A DNA stretch of 64,000 nt from an uncultured Chlamydiae bacterium (GTDB taxonomy: Bacteria; Chlamydiota; Chlamydiia; Chlamydiales; Parachlamydiaceae), in assembly GCA_963754655.1 (NCBI GenBank), contig CAVWGN010000001.1, positions 1,632,001-1,696,000 of the forward strand. The letters run 5' to 3'. The first letter of the stretch is position 1, and each line of letters begins with the position of its first letter. Positions 50,815 to 61,515 of the stretch are shown piece by piece. Made by a program: the position numbers and the translations under genes. A model generated the notes under the pieces. That model was not told where the DNA came from. It made no database searches and was given only the letters and a program-made list of their open reading frames with translations.

Positions 50815-52014
50815 TTATCCTGTTGAATGCATCAAACGTGATAGAAAATACCAAAAATAAGATTTAAATGTATGTCTAAATTGGTAGTTGAAAATCACTT
50901 GCATAATTTCTTCATTGCTCATTGTACTAAAAGAGGCCACAGATCGATCAATCAAGGAATCTTTTGATGTTTTGAATAAATGATGCATAAACTTTTCTGA
51001 AAAGAACCATTTGTAACCAAAGTATTGATGAAGGGCGTGATCATAAGAATTCAAATCTTCTACTTCTCTCTTTAAATAACTTTGAATGATACGAGCAGCA
51101 ATGCGACCGCTTGACATCGCATGACGAATACCTTCCCACCCTAAAGGATTGACAGAAGAAATGGCATCTCCAATAGCAATCATAGGTCCGCGATAGCGTA
51201 AATCTTTTTGTCGTTCCGTATAGTAAAGCGTTTTGCCATGCCTATCTTTAATTTGATAAGAGGAGCCGCAAAGTGCTAATAGTTGCTCTAAATAATGCTT
51301 ATAGGAAGGCTCATAAGGAACATAATGCTTATTCTGAAAATAGCGAATCACTCCTACTTTAAGCATAGAAGTAGAAGAGGCCATCGGAAATATCCAAGCA
51401 TAGCCTTGAGGCATCCAATGATGACCCAGAAAGAAATTGAGTGCTTTTGAATAGTTTTGATAATACCCATTCTCCACTTCAATATGATATTCAATGCCTG
51501 TTGCTACTATAACCCGATCTTTGTCATAATGTTGCTGAGCCAATACTTTTCGCTCAGTTCCCGTCGCATCAACAACAATGCTTGCTTGTACTGGATAAAT
51601 CGTAGAGGATGCCAAGTCTTTTAAATAGACTTCAATACAGTGCGAATAAATTTGATGATTTTGATACTGACAGCCTAATTGAAACTCTCCTCCCTGTTTC
51701 TTTGTTTCTTCAACTAAAAAATTCCGTAACTTATCAAAATCTATTACTGGCCCAAAAGGAGAAGCTGCCGTCCAAGTTGCTTTTGCTTTAGTGGAATTTA
51801 TACGCAGAGTGTTCCAATAAGTTCCCACAATGGAATCTGGTAGGTTAAAGTCTGCCATGATAGTAAGAGGAGCGCCTCCACTAGAATAGTTGTTTTCCAA
51901 AAAGCTTTTCGCTTTATCAGCAATAAGCACCTTAAATCCCGCTTGCGTCAATTCACGCGCACATTGCCCTCCAGCTGGACCTGCGCCAATAATAATGACA
52001 TCATATTTCTTCAT
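50815..52014 (-). CDS. FAD-dependent oxidoreductase, geranylgeranyl-reductase family
   Basis: IIGAGPAG, DATG, GYAWIFP, IGDA...NPL..EGI. Confidence 0.82.
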   Translation of the reverse strand: MKKYDVIIIGAGPAGGQCARELTQAGFKVLIADKAKSFLENNYSSGGAPLTIMADFNLPDSIVGTYWNTLRINSTKAKATWTAASPFGPVIDFDKLRNFLVEETKKQGGEFQLGCQYQNHQIYSHCIEVYLKDLASSTIYPVQASIVVDATGTERKVLAQQHYDKDRVIVATGIEYHIEVENGYYQNYSKALNFFLGHHWMPQGYAWIFPMASSTSMLKVGVIRYFQNKHYVPYEPSYKHYLEQLLALCGSSYQIKDRHGKTLYYTERQKDLRYRGPMIAIGDAISSVNPLGWEGIRHAMSSGRIAARIIQSYLKREVEDLNSYDHALHQYFGYKWFFSEKFMHHLFKTSKDSLIDRSVASFSTMSNEEIMQVIFNYQFRHTFKSYFWYFLSRLMHSTG

Positions 52015-52101
52015 AGTTATTATGGCTCATTCAAAATGTTAAAAAACACTATCAAAATTTAAAATGCATGCAGGGGTGTCTTAAACAATCCAAAGCTCAG
52101 A

Positions 52102-53121
52102 TTAAAGAGGGGGTGGGGGAGGAGAATGTTTGGAAGTAGGTAAAAGAGGGGCTTCATTTTCATATTTGCTACCTTCAATCGCTGCAATTCGATCTTCAAT
52201 AGGAGGATGAGTAGCAAAAATACGCGCCCAAAAAGAAGGGTGTTCATTGAAATAAAGATGAGAAAAGGGTTTACTACTACGTGGCATGTCAGAAATATTC
52301 GATTGGGCAATCTTTCTTAAAGCATTGGCTATTCCTAAAGGATTGCGCGTGTATTGCACTGAAGAGGCATCTGCTAAATATTCCCTTTGTCGACTGACCA
52401 TTGCCTGCAAGATAGACCCAAAAAACCATGTAATGGAACCTGCCACTAAAAAAATAATGGCAAGCACTGCAATAGGATTTCCTCCACGTCGATCTTCCTC
52501 ATTACGGCGAGAAGAATAAGCCGACCCTTCTAATAAACGTAAGCCAATATAAGTCACAATAAAAAACCCCATTACCATGGCAGCAACTCGCATTCCAACG
52601 GTCATATCACGATGATAAATATGCCCAAATTCATGAGCTAAAACACCTTGCAACTCGTCTCGATTCAATAAATTGAGACACCCTCTCGTGACTGTGACAG
52701 CCGCATTATCAGGGCTTGTTCCAGCAGCAAAAGCATTGATTTCTTCAACTTCTAAAATATATACAGGAGGAATTGGAAGAGAAGTTGCCAGAGAAATTTC
52801 TTCGACAATATTCATCAATTGCCGTTCTTTAGGATGGCGCGTATTGGGATCGACGAGTTCGGCTCCCACTGATTCTGCTACATAACTTCCTCCGGATTGC
52901 AAATAATTCATGTAATTAAAACCTGCAACCCCGAATGTAAGACCTAAAAATCCTAGTCCTACAAAAGGAATGTCTGGATTGCCATAACTATCTCCAGCAA
53001 ACATTCGCATAGCTAATTCTGCACCTGATGCTGCCACCAGCGTCAATACAATAAATATGCTCATATATAGCGCTGTTTTTGCTTTTGCGCGTCTTTGAGC
53101 TTCCCAAAAGTTCATAACCAT
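52102..53121 (-). CDS. htpX: HtpX-like M48 zinc metalloprotease
   Basis: INAFA, AHEFGH, SRQREYLAD, THPP. Confidence 0.88.
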   Translation of the reverse strand: MVMNFWEAQRRAKAKTALYMSIFIVLTLVAASGAELAMRMFAGDSYGNPDIPFVGLGFLGLTFGVAGFNYMNYLQSGGSYVAESVGAELVDPNTRHPKERQLMNIVEEISLATSLPIPPVYILEVEEINAFAAGTSPDNAAVTVTRGCLNLLNRDELQGVLAHEFGHIYHRDMTVGMRVAAMVMGFFIVTYIGLRLLEGSAYSSRRNEEDRRGGNPIAVLAIIFLVAGSITWFFGSILQAMVSRQREYLADASSVQYTRNPLGIANALRKIAQSNISDMPRSSKPFSHLYFNEHPSFWARIFATHPPIEDRIAAIEGSKYENEAPLLPTSKHSPPPPPL

Positions 53122-53181
53122 AGCACTTATCCACTCCCATGATTGTCGTTGAATTGTCGATTGGAGGGCGTTATCTCACTT

Positions 53182-53790
53182 TTAAGAGAAAGAAATTTTT
53201 GGTGCTTTTTTAACCTGTTGGTCTTCAACTTGGAAAAGTTCCACAGGATGATGTCCGAAAGTTGAGGCTAATAACGTAGCAGGAAATTCTTGCTGAGTCG
53301 TGTTATAAAGCATGACATTGTCATTATAGGCTTGTCGTGCAAAAGCCACTTTATTTTCAGTTGAGCTTAATTCTTCTTGAAGCTGTTGCATATTTTCGCT
53401 CGCACGTAATTGAGGATAATTTTCAGCCAAGGCCATCAGATTCGTGACAGCTCCTCTAACTGCTGTATCTGCAGCAGCCAACTCCTTAATGGAACTAGAG
53501 GTAGGCCCTCCACTTTGTTCAATTTGATTGCGCGCATTTTGAGCTTGATTGCGTGCATTAATGACAGCTTCTAAAGTTCCTTTTTCATAGGTCATATAAC
53601 CCTTAACCGCCTCAACCAAGTTGGGAATCAAATCATAACGACGTTGTAATTGAACATCAATTTGACTCCATGCATTCTTGACTTGATTGCGCAATTGAAC
53701 CAGTCGATTATAAATACCCATTCCCCATAATACCAAAAGAACAATGATAACTAAAATGATAATAAGCAATGTTAACATATAAAACTCCAA
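53182..53790 (-). CDS. lemA: LemA family protein
   Basis: WSQIDVQLQRRYDLIPNLV, ENYPQL, ENKVAFARQAYN. Confidence 0.92.
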   Translation of the reverse strand: MEFYMLTLLIIILVIIVLLVLWGMGIYNRLVQLRNQVKNAWSQIDVQLQRRYDLIPNLVEAVKGYMTYEKGTLEAVINARNQAQNARNQIEQSGGPTSSSIKELAAADTAVRGAVTNLMALAENYPQLRASENMQQLQEELSSTENKVAFARQAYNDNVMLYNTTQQEFPATLLASTFGHHPVELFQVEDQQVKKAPKISFS

Positions 53791-53984
53791 GGTTTTGCCA
53801 TCTTCAATTTCTATTTTACTGATTTAATATTTTATAGAAAAGATTATAAAATTTTACTGTGTTAAATATTTCAAATAAAAAATTCTTATCCTTCATGAAC
53901 ATGGGTTTATCTCTTTTACTATTTGCAATTTAAGAATGATTTCAAGCATACTATTTTCTTTACACATAAACATTAATTATAAGG

Positions 53985-54890
53985 TTGGCATTCATGTGTT
54001 GTACTTTAGATCAAGGGGTTGGAAGATTTATTGTTAGGGCGGCTGAATTTGAAGAAGATGAAACAGGAGAAAAAGTTTGTCATTTGAAGGGAATCTATGA
54101 TCGCACACCTCCAACGTTGGCCGATCGCATTTCCCGCTTTTTTCAACGTCTTGAGCTGCTTGAGAAAATAGCAGAAATTGTCGATGAAAGTTTTCATGCC
54201 TTTGGCTTCATTTTTCAACGCCATGCAAGCATGGTAGTTTATCAAACTTACCACAATTTGCATGATAGCTCACATCACATTGAGCATATTTTACATAGCT
54301 TTTGCTTTCTAGGTGATGTCACGCGGTTGATGACTGGGAAATTTTTTAAAGATGGCAATGGGACTCAATTAGATTATTTACGCAGTGCGTCTCGGGTCTG
54401 TCATGCAACGGCACATTTTCTTGCAACCATGGAATTTTTGCACGATCACCAATTGCCAGCTTTAGAGCAATTTAAAAATTCTTTTAAATATGCCTCCGCC
54501 TTGAGTTCTCTAGGATATGCCCTTTGGACTGTTTCCCTTATTTGGCAACGTCATCAGGGGATAAAAAATGAAAACTTTGCGGTTGATATGAGCATTCATT
54601 TTGGAGGATTTTTATTTGAAGCTATTCCTTTAATTAAAACAATTGATTCTTTGGCTCCTTATTCTTTCTATCTCGGCAAAGCTACTGCAATAGCAGGAAT
54701 AATTCACGCTTGGTTTGTTGTTCAAAGATTAATGACAAAGGATAGCGAAGTGATAGAAACTTATTTTATTATGCCAGATGAAAATGATGAGGATTTCTCT
54801 CCTCGTGTGGATCATTCTCACCATCATCATGTTCACGACCATTCTCATCAGCATGACCTCAAATTTCGTCCTGTGAAAGTCGTGAATTGA
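53985..54890 (+). CDS. Hypothetical membrane-associated protein with His-rich C-terminus
   Basis: 301-aa ORF, hydrophobic segments, DHSHHHHVHDHSHQH tail. Confidence 0.6.
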   Translation: MAFMCCTLDQGVGRFIVRAAEFEEDETGEKVCHLKGIYDRTPPTLADRISRFFQRLELLEKIAEIVDESFHAFGFIFQRHASMVVYQTYHNLHDSSHHIEHILHSFCFLGDVTRLMTGKFFKDGNGTQLDYLRSASRVCHATAHFLATMEFLHDHQLPALEQFKNSFKYASALSSLGYALWTVSLIWQRHQGIKNENFAVDMSIHFGGFLFEAIPLIKTIDSLAPYSFYLGKATAIAGIIHAWFVVQRLMTKDSEVIETYFIMPDENDEDFSPRVDHSHHHHVHDHSHQHDLKFRPVKVVN

Positions 54891-54956
54891 AAAAATGTTA
54901 TTCTTTGGGATGTTTCCTCAGAGGAGAGGGGACATCTTTTGGAGAACAGTCTATTT

Positions 54957-55341
54957 TTACCGATTTTGATTAAAAAAATGCTTCTTAAGAAAATTTGTGA
55001 AGGCCTTCATTTCTTCAAGATACAACTTCAACTTAGTTTCTCTTTCATTCTCAGATCTATGTGCTTGCAACTTCCATCCATGACTACTAAGTCTAATAAT
55101 ACCTTCAATCTGAATAATGACCTTCACATGATTGACGTGTAGTAAAACCTAAAATATTTAACACAATAACTGTATCTTTGATGCCTTGATCAATAGGATA
55201 ACCTAGACCATCAGTCCAAGAATCAACTTCTTCAGCTTGCTTGTCCCACAGTTGCTGCTTTGTTAAAACCTCATTACCTTCTACAATATTGAAAACAGAA
55301 AATATTATAAAAAATATAATATGAAAAATGCGTGAATACAT
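54957..55341 (-). pseudogene. Disrupted exported protein (D.LG..ID.GI...LN..G..T.QSCEGH motif)
   Basis: 78-aa ORF stops just after SCEGH; a protein-like frame (IIRLSSHGWKLQ...FTNFLKKHFFNQNR*) continues after a frameshift. Confidence 0.5.
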
Positions 55342-55385
55342 AAATAGACCTGAAGTTTTATGAGTTTTAATTTTTTTAATTTATC

Positions 55386-55493
55386 CTATTTTGCTTTTTT
55401 TCTTAAAATTCGATATACAGTGGCCTCACCTATTTCAAGCTCTTTAGCAACGTTTGCCTTAGACATGCCATTTTCCACAAGACGCAAAACCTC
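55386..55493 (-). pseudogene. Resolvase C-terminal HTH remnant
   Basis: Manual translation EVLRLVENGMSKANVAKELEIGEATVYRILRKKAK*. Confidence 0.65.
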
Positions 55494-55555
55494 TCAAGCT
55501 AAGAGTCACTGCATCAGCCTAAAGGACTGTAAGTGCGGTAGTCTGAGGACTTGTA

Positions 55556-56218
55556 TTAAAGAATAAGATCAGCGCTGGCAATAGGAAAAGAAAGCGCATC
55601 TAAATTAACAACTTCATAATCCCAGTTCGGATGGTAAGTTGAACTAGAAAAAAGTGGGCAAGAATATCCATTAGGATCATTAAAAGTATCAAGATCATCA
55701 AAAGTATTAATGATGACAATGACTCGATCGCCTTTCTTCCAACTTTTTGCATAGGCTTTCTCATCATAGTAACTAATCTTCAATATGACGTCGTTATCTA
55801 AGGTTAGAAAAATAATCTCTTCACCATCGTCTTCTTGATGGCTTATGCTGGAGATGACATATTTATTTTTATCACACCACCCAAAACGCAGTAGAGACCT
55901 TTTTTTGCCTTGCGTTTTATTGATAACACGAACAAATTCTTCCGTATCTAAATCATCCTCATCTTGAGGATAGGGTTTTTTTATAATAAGTGTATCTCCT
56001 ATATCCCACTTATCTTTCTTATCAGAAAAATATAGAGTGTAGCCATTCTCTAAAACAAAAAGACCTATGTGATTTTTTTTATAATTAAATGTATATTTAG
56101 ATTCAATTTTGCTTATTAATTTGTCTTGTTCTTTAGCTTGCAAATTATTTTGATTAAAACAAATTCCAATTATTGAAAGTAACAATATTTTGAATAATTT
56201 ATTCATATTCTTCTCCAA
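55556..56218 (-). CDS. Hypothetical exported protein with two internal W..GD repeats
   Basis: Signal peptide; L.NG..L...KWDIGD and L.N...L...SWKKGD. Confidence 0.6.
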   Translation of the reverse strand: MEKNMNKLFKILLLSIIGICFNQNNLQAKEQDKLISKIESKYTFNYKKNHIGLFVLENGYTLYFSDKKDKWDIGDTLIIKKPYPQDEDDLDTEEFVRVINKTQGKKRSLLRFGWCDKNKYVISSISHQEDDGEEIIFLTLDNDVILKISYYDEKAYAKSWKKGDRVIVIINTFDDLDTFNDPNGYSCPLFSSSTYHPNWDYEVVNLDALSFPIASADLIL

Positions 56219-56358
56219 TTTTAATTAGCCATAGCTAGTGATATAATTATTTCATATGAGGAGTCTTTCAAGCAATATTAAAAAATTATTTACGATCATT
56301 GCTATATCAGTTATAAATTAAAATATTTAAAAATAAAAGATGATTTCAAACATTTGAT

Positions 56359-59300
56359 TTAAAAGATTAAAATGTCGTAATGCCGTCCTTGTGCGGTTTG
56401 TTTGCGGTACAAGAAAATGGTCTTTTGCATTCCAGGATTTTCGATCTTTTGTAGTTGATAACTTTGTCCATTAAGACCTTCTCCATAAATAGCTAAGGTG
56501 TGGTTTTTTCTGATTTTATCTATCGAATGCTCAGCGGCACGCTCTGCAAGCAATTCCTGCTCATTCCATATCGATACCTTTTCTTCGCGATTGCTTTCTG
56601 AAAACACCCCTTTCCTAAGTTCTTCTCTCCACATAGGATTAGAAACTTGTAGGGCTATCGACCGCCATTGAGTATTGCCCTCAACAAGGAAAGCTCTTTT
56701 AATGACTTCTTCTATAGGTGTTCCATAAGCCATCGGTAAAATGCTTGCATCTGCTAGCTGAATCGTAGAGATATATTTGGACTTTGGTTTGCTCGTCTCT
56801 ACTGCTGTTAGAAGATCTTCTCTTTGGATGGTTCGGATCATTTTATTGATCTCGACTTTTATCAACTTTCGTTTATCCTTTGCTGCTTGTATATCTTTAC
56901 TCGCATTCAACTCCGATTGATAACATTGTTCCAAAATAAGATTACAGAAAAGGTGAAACTGTTGGACCACATTTACGTCCGTTCGCTGATTAAAAAAGGC
57001 ATCCATTGCTTTTTTAACTTCTCTGACAGTGCGAAGGTGTTCATCGCGAAATGTGTCGAATTTCATTGTGACAAATGTTCGAAGTGCCGCTTTATTGATC
57101 CTATTCGCCCTATCTTCAGCCTGTGCATCAACAAATGGATTCCAATTATCCGATATCCTAAAGATTTTAGATGCTTCAGGAAGATTTAATCCGACGCCTC
57201 CTGCTTTCTTCAATAAAATCAAAGCTTTGCTGATATTTGGTTGAGAAGGATTTTTAAACCATTTCAATACCTCAGTGCGCTGGTCAGTCTTAAGATCCCC
57301 GCTGAAAAGGCGTACTTCAACTTGAGGATGCCTAAATTGAATCGCTAAACGTAAGATTTCAGATTCTGCTTTGTACTCTGAAAAGAATAAACCATTTTCT
57401 CCGCCATTGACCATTTCTAAGAATACCGAAGAACTTAACAGTTTTGAAAAACGCGGAGATCTGGCAATCCATTTCTCTATCTCATTAGTGTCGCCTGAAG
57501 CAAAAAGGGTAAGGATATTCTGGATTTCAGGATCTTTTAAATTTAATGAAGATTGGTTAAGGGTTGGATCTAAAAGAATCCTATCGATAGTGTGAGAATA
57601 TGATAACTGATCGCCCTGGTTTTTATATGTGTTTAATGCTTTTGCTAATCTTTCTTTAACTAATGCTGAAATTTCTCCTTGAATTTCAATATCATTTCGT
57701 TTCGGCACAGCTCCTCCCCAATCTTGTATCACTCGAGTATCATCCCTTTTTAGTCTGTCGACCACAAAGGGAAGGATGGTGCTTCTGAAACTTTCTAAAT
57801 GAGCAAAAGATTTAATAATGAACTCAAAAATTTTGGTTTCATCTTTCTCTTCATCTGGATCTGCCAAAAATTTCACACACTTCTGAGTTTTTTCTATTTT
57901 TTCTGATAGTTCATTAAAATTGCTTTTAGAAAAAATAGATTCCGAAGGGTTTGCTAATCGCAGAAGGGTCCAAAGTTCAGAAAATCTATTTTCAAAGGGA
58001 GTTGCAGTCGATAATAGAATTTGTAGTTCTGGATTTTGTTCTTTAAGGTATTTGATGAGATTAAAGCTTGTTTTTGATAACATTGAATCAAAGGTATGCA
58101 TTCTCTGAGCCTCGTCGAAGCTTATCCCAGCTATTTGAATACCATTGAATAACTCTTTAGGGGTCTTTTTAAATACTTCATAGCTCGAAATAATGACCTT
58201 TTTTTCTGCCTCTATAGCTGCTGTAAATTCCTCCTTACTTTGGCACAACGCAATATTTCGTGACATATGATTTGTCAAAGGGACGAGGAAGGAATCTGGG
58301 ATTTTAGTATTTTTCAGTAAAAAGACTTCTTGCATCAATGCCCCTGCAAGACGTAGCTGCATGAAAAGAGGCATTGAAATCAATTTCCAATCCTTAAAAT
58401 CATTGCCTGGAAGAAGCTTTTCTAAAGGTGCTTCTGCAAAATATCTTTGCCACTCTTCTATGTCTTTATGATTTGAAAAAACTAACTCGCAAGCTTTTGT
58501 ATGCATTTGCCGTGTCAACTCTTCTGACAGACCTCCAAGTAATAGAGGAAGCTGTGCAGCCAGAATTTGTGATAATTCGCTCCAGATTTTATCTTTTGGA
58601 TTCGGCAGGACATCGTAAAGTGCTGCGGCCATCTGATGTTCATCAAACATGGCAAACAAAGGAAGATAGGCTAAAAGTTGATAAACATCCCTTTCCTCAA
58701 GAGCTTTTTTGATTTTCCTTAAGGCATTTGCCTGAAATTCTGGAAGCTGAGACTCCACTGTTTCTCTTTTCCAAAATACCCAAGCCATTGCTGAAACAAC
58801 AGCTTGATAAATAGAAACTTCCTTAAACATCTGGGGTCCAATCGATAGGGGGAGGATAACAAAAAATATCCCGCTTTTGCCGCGGCCGATCTGTTGCATT
58901 AACCATTCGTTAATGGCATAGCTTTTCCCGCTTCCCATTTGCCAAGAAAGGAGAGGAGAAATGCCTTGTTCCATTTTTTCCAACAATTTTGCCACACTTT
59001 CTGCTTGATAGGGTTTTAAAAGAGGATTTAGAGGGAAAAACTCCTGATGAGGAGGAACAACCGACATCAGGTCCAAAATAGGGTATTCCAATGGTTTTGT
59101 CGAAAAAAGGTTCTTTTTCCTTCTTAGATGATTCGAAATTTTTGAATTTACTCTTTCAAGTGAGTTAAGGCTGGTTTGGACCCAAAGGTTATTCCATCCA
59201 ATTGCTGCAAAAGAAACTGACAAACTGTCTTTGACTACTTTTGAGGTTTTAACGGCTTTTGCAATCTTTGGCGTGGAAATAATGATTTCTGGAATTGTTT

Positions 59301-61185
59301 TGAGTCGCTTGGAGATTCTTTGATCTTTAGGCTGACTAAGAGGGTCTCTTGTCCTTTTGATACCCGATTTTTTTTGTTTTGTCGGGTTGTTTTCTGAAAA
59401 ATAGGTTTGTAAAATCAGAAAAGGGGGAATTCTATCAGAGGAATTTTCCAATTCACTTTTTAAGACTTCTATACTTTCGAGAATTAAATTTTCTTGTAGT
59501 GTGCTAGGTTCCTCTTCTCTTATTTCCATTAAAGCTTGTTTGATGGTTGAGTCTTCCACAGCTTTTTCAAAGTCCATAGAAAGCCCTTCTAATAATCCAT
59601 TTTTTCCAAAATGAGCAGCCAAAAAATGGACCTTAGAGAAGTCACTTTTTTGAATAATAAAAAAGGAAGGGATTTGCTTTGGTGTTCCTGAATGATCCTT
59701 TTGAAACTTTGAAAGAGGCATATTGGCAAATTCCAACGATTTCAATTCCAACAGTATGGGAATTGCAAAGTCTAATAACTCATCCCCTAAAGGTATTGGA
59801 ATATTCGCAATGGGTTTGTTTAACCAGGTTTGATGTATGAGGTCAATGATTAATTCTTCATTCGGCTGACATTGATTCTTGAGAAAAGCTTCAGTAAGCT
59901 CTACAGGCATGTGATTCAAAAATTCTTGGATAATACTGAGGGCCAGCAACCTATTTGTAGAATGGTCTTCCAGAAATTTGGACAATGTATCGACGAGCCA
60001 GGGACATATCTTAGAGTTAAATCTCCAAGCTCCTCTTGAACTGGTAAGATGAGGGACGAGACTATCTTTATTAAGAAAAACTTTTTCGGATAATATCTTG
60101 AAAAGCTTTTCCGCATCTTGTCCTTGTTTAGGTTGTTTTTCAAGAAGAGTTTCTAAAGGCTCTACTTGTGTCTGAGTTGCTTGACTAGAGGATTCTTCCT
60201 GATTTAGGAATTGTACTGATAATGGGGACAGAGACTTTATGGCTTCTTCAAGTGAACAATTTTTAATAACAGAAGGGAAAGGACCCGATTCGCAATAAAA
60301 AATGCGTGGTCCCGAGGATTTATAAAGCTTTTGCTGAACTTTATTTTTCGAGATAATGTTATTTTCAAAGAAAAGATATTTTTTATCTTCTGGGTGAGAA
60401 TTGAGATAATTTAATAGGACTATCATGACGGCTTGATGGAGTCGGGAAGGGGTGTTAGATAGCCCACCTTTTTCATAAATTTGACAGGGTGATAGAGCGT
60501 CCGCTGTTCTATTGACATAAAAATGGAAGACAAATTCTTTATATAGAGTTCTATCTTTTATGATTTTATTCACAAAAGAGTGACATTTCTTAGATAAGAG
60601 ATTATTCAATAAGTGATTTAATATTGTCCTGAACCCAAAACTACTATAAAAAGTACTCCAAAGAGTCATTCCCTCCCAATCAAAATCCCCTAATGCCCAC
60701 TGAGTGTTTAACGACATGCCGGTTTTTTCTAACCTTTCATCCAACTCTGATAAGGTAGGAGGAGGAAAAACAACATGAAAAAAAATTTTATTATCTAAGA
60801 AAAGCTTTTCAAAATCTTCCCTTTTTTCAGGATGGTGTTGCAGATAACGTAAGAAAAAATGTGCCCCCATTCTGGCTTCTTTATCTAAATCAATTACAGA
60901 GTCAGATCCTTTTTTTTGAATTCCTGTTAACCGAAAATTCAGCGCTCCTATTGAATTTTCACCTTGAATGAAGTTTGGAATATCAGCCGATTTAGAGAGA
61001 TAATCGAGGATAAGCATTTTTGATTTTGATAAATCAATTTCCTTATTTTCCAACAAACCATTTAAAAGATCAAAAAATTGGGTCATGGATGTTTGGAAAT
61101 TAACAGAATGTTCCATTGATAGCTTAGAAATATTTTGAAAGCCTGAAATATTTCCACTAAACGAATTATAATATGAATTAATCAT
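56359..61185 (-). CDS. SNF2/SWI2-family ATPase with long N-terminal extension and OTU-like tail; candidate effector
   Basis: LKPYQ, QMGSGKS, FDEAQ, STATPFEN, AGGVGLNL, WNP..DAQAEDRANRI. Confidence 0.85.
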   Translation of the reverse strand: MINSYYNSFSGNISGFQNISKLSMEHSVNFQTSMTQFFDLLNGLLENKEIDLSKSKMLILDYLSKSADIPNFIQGENSIGALNFRLTGIQKKGSDSVIDLDKEARMGAHFFLRYLQHHPEKREDFEKLFLDNKIFFHVVFPPPTLSELDERLEKTGMSLNTQWALGDFDWEGMTLWSTFYSSFGFRTILNHLLNNLLSKKCHSFVNKIIKDRTLYKEFVFHFYVNRTADALSPCQIYEKGGLSNTPSRLHQAVMIVLLNYLNSHPEDKKYLFFENNIISKNKVQQKLYKSSGPRIFYCESGPFPSVIKNCSLEEAIKSLSPLSVQFLNQEESSSQATQTQVEPLETLLEKQPKQGQDAEKLFKILSEKVFLNKDSLVPHLTSSRGAWRFNSKICPWLVDTLSKFLEDHSTNRLLALSIIQEFLNHMPVELTEAFLKNQCQPNEELIIDLIHQTWLNKPIANIPIPLGDELLDFAIPILLELKSLEFANMPLSKFQKDHSGTPKQIPSFFIIQKSDFSKVHFLAAHFGKNGLLEGLSMDFEKAVEDSTIKQALMEIREEEPSTLQENLILESIEVLKSELENSSDRIPPFLILQTYFSENNPTKQKKSGIKRTRDPLSQPKDQRISKRLKTIPEIIISTPKIAKAVKTSKVVKDSLSVSFAAIGWNNLWVQTSLNSLERVNSKISNHLRRKKNLFSTKPLEYPILDLMSVVPPHQEFFPLNPLLKPYQAESVAKLLEKMEQGISPLLSWQMGSGKSYAINEWLMQQIGRGKSGIFFVILPLSIGPQMFKEVSIYQAVVSAMAWVFWKRETVESQLPEFQANALRKIKKALEERDVYQLLAYLPLFAMFDEHQMAAALYDVLPNPKDKIWSELSQILAAQLPLLLGGLSEELTRQMHTKACELVFSNHKDIEEWQRYFAEAPLEKLLPGNDFKDWKLISMPLFMQLRLAGALMQEVFLLKNTKIPDSFLVPLTNHMSRNIALCQSKEEFTAAIEAEKKVIISSYEVFKKTPKELFNGIQIAGISFDEAQRMHTFDSMLSKTSFNLIKYLKEQNPELQILLSTATPFENRFSELWTLLRLANPSESIFSKSNFNELSEKIEKTQKCVKFLADPDEEKDETKIFEFIIKSFAHLESFRSTILPFVVDRLKRDDTRVIQDWGGAVPKRNDIEIQGEISALVKERLAKALNTYKNQGDQLSYSHTIDRILLDPTLNQSSLNLKDPEIQNILTLFASGDTNEIEKWIARSPRFSKLLSSSVFLEMVNGGENGLFFSEYKAESEILRLAIQFRHPQVEVRLFSGDLKTDQRTEVLKWFKNPSQPNISKALILLKKAGGVGLNLPEASKIFRISDNWNPFVDAQAEDRANRINKAALRTFVTMKFDTFRDEHLRTVREVKKAMDAFFNQRTDVNVVQQFHLFCNLILEQCYQSELNASKDIQAAKDKRKLIKVEINKMIRTIQREDLLTAVETSKPKSKYISTIQLADASILPMAYGTPIEEVIKRAFLVEGNTQWRSIALQVSNPMWREELRKGVFSESNREEKVSIWNEQELLAERAAEHSIDKIRKNHTLAIYGEGLNGQSYQLQKIENPGMQKTIFLYRKQTAQGRHYDILIF

Positions 61186-61478
61186 AGATTTATTTTGTAT
61201 GTAAGAAATGAATTATTAATTTTATTTTTTAACAATATAAAATCAATGAATATTTAAAGTCAATATCTCTCTATCTATTTTATTTTAAAACAAATAATAT
61301 AAATTTCAAATTATGATATTTTCAATATTAATATAAATTAATATACATATTTGGAAAGTCAGAAATTTATGCGGATAAGCTCTAAAAGAGGAAAGAGTAT
61401 TAAACGGACGCATCCAACATAAGCTGATGCAATGAAAGCGCGCCTTGAAATAAATGAATAGCTTTGGGTAACTCTGGT

Positions 61479-61507
61479 TGCAAAAGAAGCTGGTAGCTTC
61501 TTTTGCA
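61479..61507 (-). terminator. Hairpin terminator after BON gene
   Basis: TGCAAAAGAAGCT-GGT-AGCTTCTTTTGCA. Confidence 0.6.
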
Positions 61508-61515
61508 TTTTTTTA

